Assembly: GCA_046758445.1 (NCBI GenBank)
Contig: JBHIAE010000025.1
Location: 1 to 44,178, forward strand
Source: Candidatus Thorarchaeota archaeon
Lineage (GTDB): Archaea; Asgardarchaeota; Thorarchaeia; Thorarchaeales; Thorarchaeaceae
Direction: 5' to 3'
Length of the DNA: 44,178 nucleotides
Shown here: positions 10,131 to 19,369 of the stretch, piece by piece
How positions within the stretch are numbered: the stretch's first letter is position 1
How the letters are laid out: every line of letters begins with the position of its first letter
Made by a program: the position numbers and the translations under genes
Notes under the pieces: model-generated
Database searches by the model: none
Told to the model about the DNA's origin: nothing
Seen by the model: the letters and a program-made list of their open reading frames with translations, nothing else

Positions 10131-11836
10131 CTATAGAAGTGCCCTAGGCATACCAAACCGATAGAAACTGACAATCATCCAAGCGGAGAGGATGCAGTAG
10201 AAGATCGTTGAGCCTAGGATGTTGCGTCCTGAATTCATGTATACCCATGTGACGAGAACCTCCCGGAAACTTCCAAAGAGAGTCACAGCAGTCAGAGCAA
10301 GCGCGACAAAGGATAGGGAGCCTGATTGCCAGCCGATCACCATGATGGGAATGAAGACGATATGGTCAATTGTGATTCCTATTCCGAGCATTCTGAAGTA
10401 CTTCCTAAACCTGCCAGTTGGTTTGAGTCGTTCTTGGATGAAACCGCGGAAGTAGAACTCTTTCAGGAACAGAAAGGGAAAGAAGAGCATTGTTATCGGG
10501 ATGATTGCAGCGATTTCTTGTATGGTTGGTACTGATGTCAAGAAGCTCCATTGTGCTATGGATGTGAGTGTGCCAATAGAGATCAAAGCCACAATGACGC
10601 AGTACAATAGCGACCTCTATAGTGACGTCGATGACATTTCTCCAAGCATAGCCCACGTTCTTCGTACCTCCCATCTACCCCTACTACGGGAAAGGAGCAA
10701 TGATACAACTGTGACCCCGATTGCTGGTCCCACAACCAACATTGCGAACACGGAGTTCAACATGGTCATGGGGAAGACGTCGTCGAAGACCTCTGAGACT
10801 GGGGGGGTGACGACCAATGCAATCAGCATGACGATCGGGTAACCCAGAATTGGCAGCTTCGGAGACCTCCCATCTGTCATTCGTGCTCCAAGGCGCGATT
10901 GACCCACCCTAAATATGGAACTGCCCAAGCATGAGATGATAACGAACAGCAGCATAAGGCATCCAATGTAAGAAACGATGAGTGATGTCATGAGGTAATG
11001 CGCTGTCAACTGTATGTCGTCTGGTTGAACGCCGTTGAAGGCACGCTCAAACCACTGCATTGTTTCATAAGGGATGACATCGTAGAAGACCTCCGCCAGG
11101 TGCTCGGAATATGGGCCAACCACAGATCTTGTCGCGTTCCCGTTGTCAAAGTCCCCATACTGAGTATTGAGCTCAACGCCGGACTTTAGCCCAGTATATG
11201 CTTCAAGAAGAGCTAAGGCCTCCTCGTGTGTGATGTCCTGTTCATACAAGCCGTAGGCGACTAAGAGGTTCGATACGTTTTCGAAGTCAATGCTTGTAGA
11301 GAGTGCTCCGATGGCAACTGTCGCGTTGGTCTTGTACGGGTACTGCTCTGCAGTTGCCATCGCTGTGCCTCCGCCCATTGAGTGACCGACAAGGCCGATT
11401 CTGTCAACGAAACCCAAGTCCTCTAGATACTCCACACAGGCCTTCATATCCAGCGCCAGCCCGCTTGTGCGTTCCCTTGAGGTGCCAAGATCGCCTTCAG
11501 AAGAGCCATGCCCGCGAAGGTCGATGCTCAACACCACGAAGCCTCGTTTCACAAGCTCTATAGACAAGGGGTGCATGTACTGTTTGTTTCCGCAGAACCC
11601 ATGACCTACCACAACACCCGGATGACTACCTGTGACATCTTCTGGCGTGTACACGATGGCCTGTATCTGCGTGCCATCGCCCGAAACCAGTGTCACGTGG
11701 TTGATTGTGTATGGATGGTTCGCATCGGTATAGAAAGTGAAGACGAATGTGGGGATGATACCGATAAGAAGAATGATGCCCCTACGATCAGGGCCATTCT
11801 CTTTCTGCTAGACCCAATACTCATCAGGCTCATCAT
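10131..11836 (-). pseudogene. Disrupted membrane-anchored alpha/beta hydrolase with C-terminal multi-TM (CPBP-like) domain
   Basis: HGFCG oxyanion and GHSMGG nucleophile motifs. A frameshift in a G4 run (11779-11782) separates the N-terminal anchor (MALIVG / GIILLIGIIPTFVF) from the body. An in-frame TAG at 10617-10619 separates ORFs 10617..11696 and 10131..10607, which share a frame. C-terminal KEFYFRGFIQERL. Confidence 0.75.
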
Positions 11837-12030
11837 ACCGGATTCTCTTCAATGGCACTGGAGGTTCACTGAGTATTCAAGGATGGTATGAATCCTCTTA
11901 CCGTGTCCTACTGGGGATTCCTCGACTTGCCCTTTCTGAGTTACGGAATGGTCAGGCATCTCATATTCGTCAATTCAGTTCGGATTCTTGTGACACTCCC
12001 TTTACTCGTTTCCATAAGCCTCCACATGCA

Positions 12031-12585
12031 CTAAAGCTTGTTCTCATAATCAGTCAAGAATTGGTCTAAATGGTCTTGAATCCCAAGCAAAGCACATGCT
12101 GACTGGATATATCCGAAATCGAGATTTTCACTATTTCGTGCCAAGATTCCCAGAGCATCCCTCATATCCTGCTCTCCTTGGAAGAGAATCTTATTCACAA
12201 TTGTGTCCTCAGCAGAACCAATCATAACAGAAGCGCCCAACAAATCCACGGAGATAGCTCTATCAAGAGTCATTTTATCAAACTCAGAATTCACACCTTG
12301 AATATCAAGTCGAAGTAGGCTCTTTTTGTAGAAGAACGTACAATGAGATTCCTCGTCAAGTGCAGCTCGAAGGTCCTCAACGGATGCTGCAAATCCCTTT
12401 GAATCCAGAAAGTCTACAAAAGCAGGAATCATTGCATCATCAAACTGAACAATGAGATCGATATCCACAGTTGTACGGGGTACACCATGATACATGACCG
12501 CGACTCCTCCAACCACAACGAATCGAATCTCCCTCTCATTTAGATACGAACAAACAAACCGCAGAATCTCTGGAAACTCTTCCAT
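12031..12585 (-). CDS. Pol-beta superfamily nucleotidyltransferase (DUF6036/AbiEii-like)
   Basis: VVVGGVAVMYHGVPRTTVDIDL (GG plus DxD motif) and later NKIL...QDMRD. Start ATG 12585 lies one base after the stop of the upstream small ORF. Confidence 0.8.
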   Translation of the reverse strand: MEEFPEILRFVCSYLNEREIRFVVVGGVAVMYHGVPRTTVDIDLIVQFDDAMIPAFVDFLDSKGFAASVEDLRAALDEESHCTFFYKKSLLRLDIQGVNSEFDKMTLDRAISVDLLGASVMIGSAEDTIVNKILFQGEQDMRDALGILARNSENLDFGYIQSACALLGIQDHLDQFLTDYENKL

Positions 12586-12586
12586 C

Positions 12587-12739
12587 CTACCTATCACCTG
12601 CAACACGTAGAGCCATTGCTGATAGTTCCAGTCCCATCAACAGAGTCTCAAGGCCTGAGAATCGCCTTGCCTGCATTGCGGTTCTAATCTGATCTAGGTC
12701 TCTTCGATGCTTGACCTGTTCTGCAATCGGGCTTGTCAT
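12587..12739 (-). CDS. Small 50-aa helical protein, putative partner/antitoxin of the nucleotidyltransferase (absent from the ORF track)
   Basis: MTSPIAEQVKHRRDLDQIRTAMQARRFSGLETLLMGLELSAMALRVAGDR*. The junction TAG-G-ATG and an AGGTGA SD inside its 3' end suggest translational coupling. Confidence 0.6.
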   Translation of the reverse strand: MTSPIAEQVKHRRDLDQIRTAMQARRFSGLETLLMGLELSAMALRVAGDR

Positions 12740-12907
12740 TCGAATCTCACATGCAAGGCATCTACCTCGCTCATATATCCTACTATGTGTTGTTCTGAGA
12801 AGTGGGTAAGGCTGGTATTGATGAAGACGATTGGATTAGCTTTCTTACAGTGGCTTATTGGAAATCTCCCCGCCAACCCTTTTCGAGTTTCAGATTGGCC
12901 AGGCTCC

Positions 12908-13456
12908 TCAATACAGAAACGGAATCAGCTTATTCGTCCTCTTCTGGCATTCCCTGTACTCTTCCCCAAAGGCCTCGATTAGCATCTTCTCTTCAGTTTC
13001 TATTCGAAAATGGAGAAAGGGCAACCCAATGGTCATTACCGCAAGACCGTATAGACCTGTAAATGTGATCCCCATTCCAAACACAAGTACAATTGCACCA
13101 AGGTACGAGGGATGCCGAATATGCTTGTAGTAACCATCTGTCAACAATCGATGGCCTTCTACAATCTGTAGGATCTTTATCGAGATGACATCTCCAATAA
13201 CTGCCTTGTTCAGACTCCACAATGCCAGAGTTCGATATGCAGCACCAATGACGAATAGCGGGACACCAATGATTACATAGATTGGCTGGAATACTAGTCC
13301 CTGAATGTATGCGAAATCTAAGACAAGAAATATCAGACCTAGCAAAAAGAACACTGCAAGAGGTATCATTGCCCAGTCTTCTCGAAGGCCTACAACTCTA
13401 ACTTTCTTCTTGCCAAATAGGGTTGGGGACTCTGATTCCTCGCTCATATTTCGCAC
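12908..13456 (-). CDS. Isoprenylcysteine carboxyl methyltransferase (ICMT/PEMT) family membrane methyltransferase
   Basis: TM helices plus HRLLTDGYYKHIRHPSYLG and RIETEEKMLIEAFGEEY...KLIPF. Confidence 0.85.
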   Translation of the reverse strand: MRNMSEESESPTLFGKKKVRVVGLREDWAMIPLAVFFLLGLIFLVLDFAYIQGLVFQPIYVIIGVPLFVIGAAYRTLALWSLNKAVIGDVISIKILQIVEGHRLLTDGYYKHIRHPSYLGAIVLVFGMGITFTGLYGLAVMTIGLPFLHFRIETEEKMLIEAFGEEYRECQKRTNKLIPFLY

Positions 13457-13564
13457 TCTACTGTATTCTCAGGGCTTTTCGAAATAGGAAGAATTGTCAG
13501 CCTTGAGTTCGTTGATTAGGATACCATAAGCACTTGTTATCATCGTACAGAGTTTTGTCCATAC

Positions 13565-14386
13565 CTAGACTGGGATATCACGACGAAGGAAGACGACTAA
13601 ACTGGCAATGATGAGTACAACATTGACGTAACTCAACACGTAGATGTCTCGCAGGAAGTTGTCAAAGATACCTTGAACAAACAATTCTTGGGTGCTGAGG
13701 TAGAACCATGTGCTGACGTACTTGATGACTTGTAGATCTTCGGGAAAGAATCCCCAGAACGTGCCAATGAAGAACATTACGAACATCATGCCCAGAGCTG
13801 CACCCATTGTCCTCTTCGAGCTTAGTGTGATTGTAGCAAACAACAACGCAGTCATTACAAGTGTACCACTGTGAATGATGTTGACAATATAGACTGCGAG
13901 AAGACGATCCCAGTAGAGTCCGACATCAATAAATGGCTGCGAGGTCGCCATCCCAACTCCAATTAAAGTGAAGATGAATGCCTGGACACCAATAATGAGA
14001 ATGAATAGAAAGATGATTTTACCTGCAAGATATGACGATCGACTTATCGGTTTAGAGAGGGTTAAGTCAATGGTCTTATCTTCGACCTCACCTGGGAGTG
14101 CTGCACTTGAGGCAACATAGACAAAGAAGAAACCAACGAATATCCAATAGAATACAAAGACCTCAGCGTTGAGGATCCCGTAAGGAGAGGTCCAATCACC
14201 AAAGATGTCCAGAAGTCCCTCTAATTGTGGAAACATTGTCACAAGGTCCAATAAATCCGTTAAATCTAACGCTTCAATGATTAGTGTCATCACATAACCA
14301 AATATCCCAAAAAGAAGACCAAATCCAAGCATTAACCGTTTCCTTTCGAAGAGATGTTCAATGATGACAGTGAGGACTCTTGACAC
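13565..14386 (-). CDS. ABC-2 type transporter permease subunit
   Basis: Six TM helices; GEVEDKTIDLTLSKPISRSSYLAGK motif; C-terminal FLRRDI; abuts an ABC ATPase gene. Confidence 0.88.
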   Translation of the reverse strand: MSRVLTVIIEHLFERKRLMLGFGLLFGIFGYVMTLIIEALDLTDLLDLVTMFPQLEGLLDIFGDWTSPYGILNAEVFVFYWIFVGFFFVYVASSAALPGEVEDKTIDLTLSKPISRSSYLAGKIIFLFILIIGVQAFIFTLIGVGMATSQPFIDVGLYWDRLLAVYIVNIIHSGTLVMTALLFATITLSSKRTMGAALGMMFVMFFIGTFWGFFPEDLQVIKYVSTWFYLSTQELFVQGIFDNFLRDIYVLSYVNVVLIIASLVVFLRRDIPV

Positions 14387-15322
14387 TTACAATCCCTCCG
14401 AAACGATTGTTTTCTCATCCTGATTGTAGTATTTCAGAAAGATCTCTTCCAAATCTGGACTGGTTATATCTAGGTTTGTGAATTGCACATCACTTGAGCT
14501 CTCTAGAAGTGCATGCAGATTGTCACGGTTTACCAACAAATGAGCACCAGAGTCATGAATCGATAGCTCCTCAATAATATGCTCTGGAATTTCCGAACGT
14601 AAGGTTGCTTCACTAATCGGAGTGTCGAAATGCAGATCCACTCGTTTCAATGCAAGTCCCTTCAGCTCCTTCACAGTTGCGACCTCAGCTATTCTCCCGT
14701 TGCGGATAATTCCGACCCGGTCTGCGACCTTTTCAACTTCAGCAAGCAGGTGGGAGCTTAGGAATATCGTACAACCTGACTCTGCTTGCTTCTCAGAAAG
14801 AAGCCTATAGACATCACTAGTAATCAAAGGATCAAGACCACTGGTTGGCTCATCAAGCATCAATAGTTCTACATCTGGCACCAGGGTGAGAACCACACCT
14901 ACCTTCTGTTTGTTTCCTTTGCTGAGGTGATTCATCTTACGGTCGAGTGGAAGTCTGAGAACTGTGGCTAACTCCTCGACACGCGACCAGTTGATCTTCG
15001 TACCATAGAGCCCGAAGAGGTACTTCAAAATCCGTCTTACTGTCTTGCCCTCGAACTCGCCCAATTCACCGGGTAAGTAGGCCACGCGCTTGCGAATCTC
15101 TACCGATTCCCGATCAGGATCGAGTCCCAATACAGTCGCCTCGCCTGATGTCTTGTGTATCAGCCCCAGGAGTGTTCGGAGTGTGGTTGTCTTTCCGGCC
15201 CCATTAGGACCCAAGAAGCCAAAGACCTCTCCCTCGAGAACTTCCATGTTTAGATTCTCGATGCCGCGGGACTTTCCGTAATACTTTGTGAGGTCTTGGC
15301 ACCTGATCACGACTTCGCTCAT
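14387..15322 (-). CDS. ABC transporter ATP-binding protein (ABC-2/multidrug type)
   Basis: Walker A GPNGAGKTT, signature LSKGNKQK, Walker B LMLDEPTSGLD, H-loop SSH. Confidence 0.95.
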   Translation of the reverse strand: MSEVVIRCQDLTKYYGKSRGIENLNMEVLEGEVFGFLGPNGAGKTTTLRTLLGLIHKTSGEATVLGLDPDRESVEIRKRVAYLPGELGEFEGKTVRRILKYLFGLYGTKINWSRVEELATVLRLPLDRKMNHLSKGNKQKVGVVLTLVPDVELLMLDEPTSGLDPLITSDVYRLLSEKQAESGCTIFLSSHLLAEVEKVADRVGIIRNGRIAEVATVKELKGLALKRVDLHFDTPISEATLRSEIPEHIIEELSIHDSGAHLLVNRDNLHALLESSSDVQFTNLDITSPDLEEIFLKYYNQDEKTIVSEGL

Positions 15323-15515
15323 GGGTCGAAAGACTCTGCGGAGTCTATTAAACCCGATTCTCAGGCTCTACTGCATTATACACAGACCGTTGCACGTGGT
15401 AAATTCGAGATTCAGTCTTGCGTGGGCTGATCTCTGACCTCATTCCGACGAATCCAACACGTTTTTGACGTACGAATGTCATTGGTTTATCGACGTCACA
15501 CTTGGAGGCAGAGAT

Positions 15516-15734
15516 GTGTCAGAAGACGATAGTATCTACAAGAGGATCGAGCTTGTTGGAGTGAGCACCAAGAGTTGGGAGGACGCTGTGAATAGTGTGG
15601 TCGCAAAGGCGGCTGCAACTCTCCGTGACCTGCGTATTGCGGAAGTCGACCAACTCGACGTGAAGATTGAAGATGGCAAGGTTGCTGCCTACCGAGCCAG
15701 AGTGAAACTGAGTTTCAAATACGAGAAGGAGTAG
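15516..15734 (+). CDS. Dodecin (flavin-binding) family protein
   Basis: IYKRIELVGVSTKSWEDAV...TLRDLRIAEV...YRARVKLSFKY; GTG start at 15516 after a GGAGG SD. Confidence 0.93.
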   Translation: MSEDDSIYKRIELVGVSTKSWEDAVNSVVAKAAATLRDLRIAEVDQLDVKIEDGKVAAYRARVKLSFKYEKE

Positions 15735-15900
15735 AGTGCGGAGTTTATCCCCTTTCTCCTTTCCCTTTCTTTTTCACCGACTCCTATCCTCGGGACTCTG
15801 GAACAGGATTGCATCTAGCGGGTCTACTCACCTCAGTGGTGGATTCTTCTTCTAGTGGATTTATATCACGGATTGCTTCCCCCATCCGGGAGGTGGAGGT

Positions 15901-16218
15901 ATGCCACGCGCCTTACCCATGATTCTAGTATCGATATTCATCACAAGCATGTTCATCGTTCCAACAGCAATTGTTGGAGTGAACAGCAATCTCTCAATGT
16001 AATCCCTAGCTGTGCCTACGCAGCTTCCGCATGACGCTAGGGTTGCAATCTACGACGAGGACAATCTCACTGCTCCAGCGATATCAGCTGTAGTGAACCT
16101 GACAAACAATCTCGCTGAGATAACTGCCCTCCTTGAAGGGTCCGGCCATTCTGTTGAATTGCTGACGGAAGATGATATTCTCAATCATAAACTAATGACG
16201 GCCGATAGCGCAGCCTGA
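15901..16218 (+). pseudogene. N-terminal remnant of a secreted protein (in-frame TAA, truncated)
   Basis: Strong SD GGAGGTGGAGGT, ATG 15901, signal peptide MPRALPMILVSIFITSMFIVPTA, TAA at 16000-16002, then in-frame continuation (RVAIYDEDN...LLTEDDILNHKLMTAD) that ends abruptly inside the convergent pseudogene. Confidence 0.6.
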
Positions 16219-16906
16219 TGAATGAATATCTCATAGCGACTGTCTTTGTGATAGAACTGTTGGAATGAGGATTCCTTGTAGATTCGGAAGAATGTGTCAC
16301 GCCAGTTCTGGAGTATTCTGGCCTGCGGGTCTACAATCAATGAACGAGCATTGAAGTACGGGCGGATCTCGATATCTTCAATGTGTGTCCTCATAGGAAA
16401 GAGGCGGTCCTGCGGTACACTACAGCTATCATAGATAAGGGACCAGAAGGCATCTAGCGGCTCATCAAAGCTCAAGCCAAGTAGCTAATGATGAACTGGC
16501 TTGTAGCCCAGGCTCTTGCCTCTCTGAAGGAGGAACTCTTCAGGTTCTTGGAGCACAAGTGTGTTGGGCGCAAGCCAGGCTAGCAATCTGGATTGGCCTC
16601 TAGCTCTTGATTCAGCCAGAGCGACGGCCTCCACGTGGCCTGCTAAAGCAAACTCCGCTGCTCCTTGGCCGAGCTCGAATGGGAATACGACAGCATCAAG
16701 CGAACCTAGCTTCGATTTTGCGGCGGAGGATAGAGGTCCTTCATAGTCAGTCGTGAAGCACCAAATCGGAGTCTGAAAAAGAGCGCCAGCGAAGCTACGC
16801 ACACTCTCTGCAAGAGAACTGCATTCGTTTCAGATGATTCTGTAGGATATACTATGGTGGCTATGACTAATTGGTCCAAATGCTTCTCGGATTCGACGGA
16901 GGCCAT
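16185..16906 (-). pseudogene. Disrupted gene of a glycosyltransferase-like hypothetical family (frameshift, TAG, 3' truncation)
   Basis: Three track ORFs join into one protein. Adding one base near 16810 gives NAVLLAESVRSFAGALFQTPIW. The in-frame TAG at 16485-16487 links KPVHH to LLGLSFDEP...RPYFNA...IFIHQAALSAVI. Confidence 0.65.
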
Positions 16907-16930
16907 TCTCGTGTTTCCCCAAGGAGCTCT

Positions 16931-17488
16931 TCACAGGGTCTTTCCAATCGACCAAGCATCTCCTATTACTGGACCAAGAGATCTATAGGTGTTTCCAGGT
17001 CGAGTAAAGATGATTGGGTCGAGCTTCGCCGGGTCGAGAGCGCCATCAGTCATGAACCGTTTTTCTGTGTAGACATGCTTCACCTCTCCGACTATCATGA
17101 CAGTCTTGGGTAGGTCGATGAACTCAAAGACTGTACACTCTGCATTCACTGGACACTCACGAATCATGGGAGCGGTCTTCAATTCTCCGTAGAAAACGTC
17201 GAAGAGAGCCGACTTGTCAACCTTCCTTCCAGAGTTCAGTCCGCAGTAGTCCGTCTTTTGAATCAAATCTGTGGAGGGGAAATTCACACTGAATGTTCGA
17301 CTCTCTTTGATGCCTTCCAGAGTGTACTTGCTCTTGCCCAAAGCCATAGCCCACAAGTTCGGTAGCCCATTGATGCGATTGAACCATGCAACAGTAACGA
17401 AATTGGGACTACCGTTTACAATCGACCCAACTAGAACTATAGGCTTGGGAAAAGGTGCGATGTTGGAAGTGATTTCTATCTTGGACAT
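16931..17488 (-). CDS. Flavin reductase-like (FMN-binding split barrel, flavoredoxin-like) protein
   Basis: PKPIVLVGS..NGSPNFVTVAW, TFSVNFP, DYCGLNSGRKVDK, APMIRECPVNAEC. Confidence 0.9.
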   Translation of the reverse strand: MSKIEITSNIAPFPKPIVLVGSIVNGSPNFVTVAWFNRINGLPNLWAMALGKSKYTLEGIKESRTFSVNFPSTDLIQKTDYCGLNSGRKVDKSALFDVFYGELKTAPMIRECPVNAECTVFEFIDLPKTVMIVGEVKHVYTEKRFMTDGALDPAKLDPIIFTRPGNTYRSLGPVIGDAWSIGKTL

Positions 17489-17557
17489 TGTCTACAGCAC
17501 GCTCACAACCACGGCAGAAAGTGAACGTCGAGAATTTAGAATCGTCCCTTTGCGCAA

Positions 17558-19360
17558 TTACAGTGGTGAATGACCATGTCTTCCCCTATAGCGCTTCATG
17601 GCCTCAATCCCAAGTCTTCCAACAGCCTTGTCGATGTTCTCTTTGGGAATCTTGAGCATTGAAGGCCGCCCGTGGCAGCACTGGTGTCTGCTCTTTGTTT
17701 CGAACAGGTCTGTAAGGAGGCTCCTGATCTCTTCCCTGCCGAGCTTCTGACCTGCCCTATACGCTGCATGGCAGGCGGTGATCTTCAGAGCCTCATCCAT
17801 GAACTGCTCAATTGCTTCAATGTCGCCTATGTCCCCCATTCTATCGACTAGGTTGATGAGCTCGCCTTCTGTTGCTCGATGTCCGAACACTTCAGGCACA
17901 GATGATACAAGCACCTCGTTGCCCCCGAAGCCCTCAATTGTCAAACCGAGTTCTTTGAGCCTGTCGCTTCTTTCAAGGACTCTCTCCGAATCTCCTAGGT
18001 CGAGTGTGAGCACAATAGGCTCGAGCAGTTCCTGAACTGGAAGTGCCCCCTCATTGAGATCTGCCCGTAGTTTCTCGTAGAGGACTCTCTCGTGAGCGGC
18101 ATGCTGATCAACAATTACGAGTCCATCTTCAGCTTCAAGAATGATATAGAGATCGTGAACCTGACCTACTATCTTGAAGACACCCTTAAGTGCCTCCATG
18201 GCGTCCTCATCGACACCTGTTGAGAGATAGGCCAGATCCGTTTCCTCAATGAATGACTCCTTCACGGCTGTCTGTACATCCTGTGCAATTTCCCTATGAG
18301 CCCCTGTAGGCAATTCATACTCTGGGATAGCGACTTCAGTGAAATCGCCTATCTGCATGAGCTTCTCATTCGGTTCGGATTGCAGCGCCTTGCGCACTAT
18401 GTCCGTGACTGCCTCGGCCACAGCTTCTAGGTCGAGGATTCGTACCTCTCTCTTGGTCGGATGGACATTGGCATCCACTTCCGCGATGCTGACTGTGATG
18501 TCAATTGCACAAACGGGAAACTGGCCCTTCATCAAAAGAGTCGAATAAGCATTCTCGACAGCTTGACTCAGTCTTGGGCTTACAATCGGGCGGCGAAGTA
18601 CCGAGAAGTACTGACGGCTTCTATTCCCCCTAGACATTGGGGGTCGCAATATGAACCCCCTCATAGAGAGCCCGCTTTGCGAGTACATGATCTCTACCAG
18701 CTTCTTCGCTACTTGCCCACCCCAGAGGAAGATGATCCGATCTAAGGGAGTCTGGCCAGGGGGGCAGTCTATCTGCGTCACTCCGTTTCTGATGAGCCTA
18801 AATCCCACATCGCATCTGACTGCAGCGTGTCTCAACACCACATCAGTGATGCGCTGAGCCTCTCTCTTCGAAGTACCAAGATGCTTTCTTCGGGCAGGTA
18901 CATGGTTGAACAGATTGGTAACTTCTACTCTAGTCCCTTCTGGTCTCGAGGCATCTTTCATCGAAACGCCTTCGCCAATTCTCGACACTAGTACTGTTCC
19001 CATCGTTTGTCCACGTGCTTGAGTGACTATTCTAAGGTCTGCGACTGCTGCAACACTGGCGAGCGCCTCTCCCCTGAATCCATAAGTCATAATGTTGTCA
19101 ATGTCCTCTTTCTTCTCTATCTTGCTGGTGGAGTAGCGAAGGAGGCAAACTGGACAATCCTCCTTGAGAATGCCCGTGCCGTTGTCAGAAACCAGAATCT
19201 TGTCAATACCCCCTCTAACAATCTCAACTTCGATCTCAGTGGCGTTCGCATCTAGGGAGTTCTCGATTAGCTCTTTGACGACGCTTGATGGATTCTCAAT
19301 GACCTCTCCAGCGGATATCAGCGATACTAGGTCCTCGCTCAGGACGCGAATTCTCCCCAC
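17558..19360 (-). CDS. mutL: DNA mismatch repair endonuclease MutL
   Basis: ISAGEVIENPSSVVKELIENSLDA, TYGFRGEALAS, DANVHPTKREV, endonuclease motif DQHAAHERVLYE, ACH and CCHGRP. Confidence 0.97.
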   Translation of the reverse strand: MGRIRVLSEDLVSLISAGEVIENPSSVVKELIENSLDANATEIEVEIVRGGIDKILVSDNGTGILKEDCPVCLLRYSTSKIEKKEDIDNIMTYGFRGEALASVAAVADLRIVTQARGQTMGTVLVSRIGEGVSMKDASRPEGTRVEVTNLFNHVPARRKHLGTSKREAQRITDVVLRHAAVRCDVGFRLIRNGVTQIDCPPGQTPLDRIIFLWGGQVAKKLVEIMYSQSGLSMRGFILRPPMSRGNRSRQYFSVLRRPIVSPRLSQAVENAYSTLLMKGQFPVCAIDITVSIAEVDANVHPTKREVRILDLEAVAEAVTDIVRKALQSEPNEKLMQIGDFTEVAIPEYELPTGAHREIAQDVQTAVKESFIEETDLAYLSTGVDEDAMEALKGVFKIVGQVHDLYIILEAEDGLVIVDQHAAHERVLYEKLRADLNEGALPVQELLEPIVLTLDLGDSERVLERSDRLKELGLTIEGFGGNEVLVSSVPEVFGHRATEGELINLVDRMGDIGDIEAIEQFMDEALKITACHAAYRAGQKLGREEIRSLLTDLFETKSRHQCCHGRPSMLKIPKENIDKAVGRLGIEAMKRYRGRHGHSPL

Positions 19361-19369
19361 GGAACCACC

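Noticed and set aside
15331-15346. AGACTC-N4-GAGTCT next to a TATA box as a shared operator with TACTCT-N4-AGAGTA at 27093-27108
   Set aside because: The arms are only 6 bp and the ACTC/GAGT cores have different spacings, so this is not distinguishable from chance.
9352-16487. In-frame TAG codons as pyrrolysine or amber recoding
   Set aside because: The same genes also carry a TAA stop or frameshifts. TAG is the normal terminator of many intact genes here (mutS, rpe, ccmC, ccmE, dodecin, crotonase, both isoprenoid genes), and no pyl genes are in the window.
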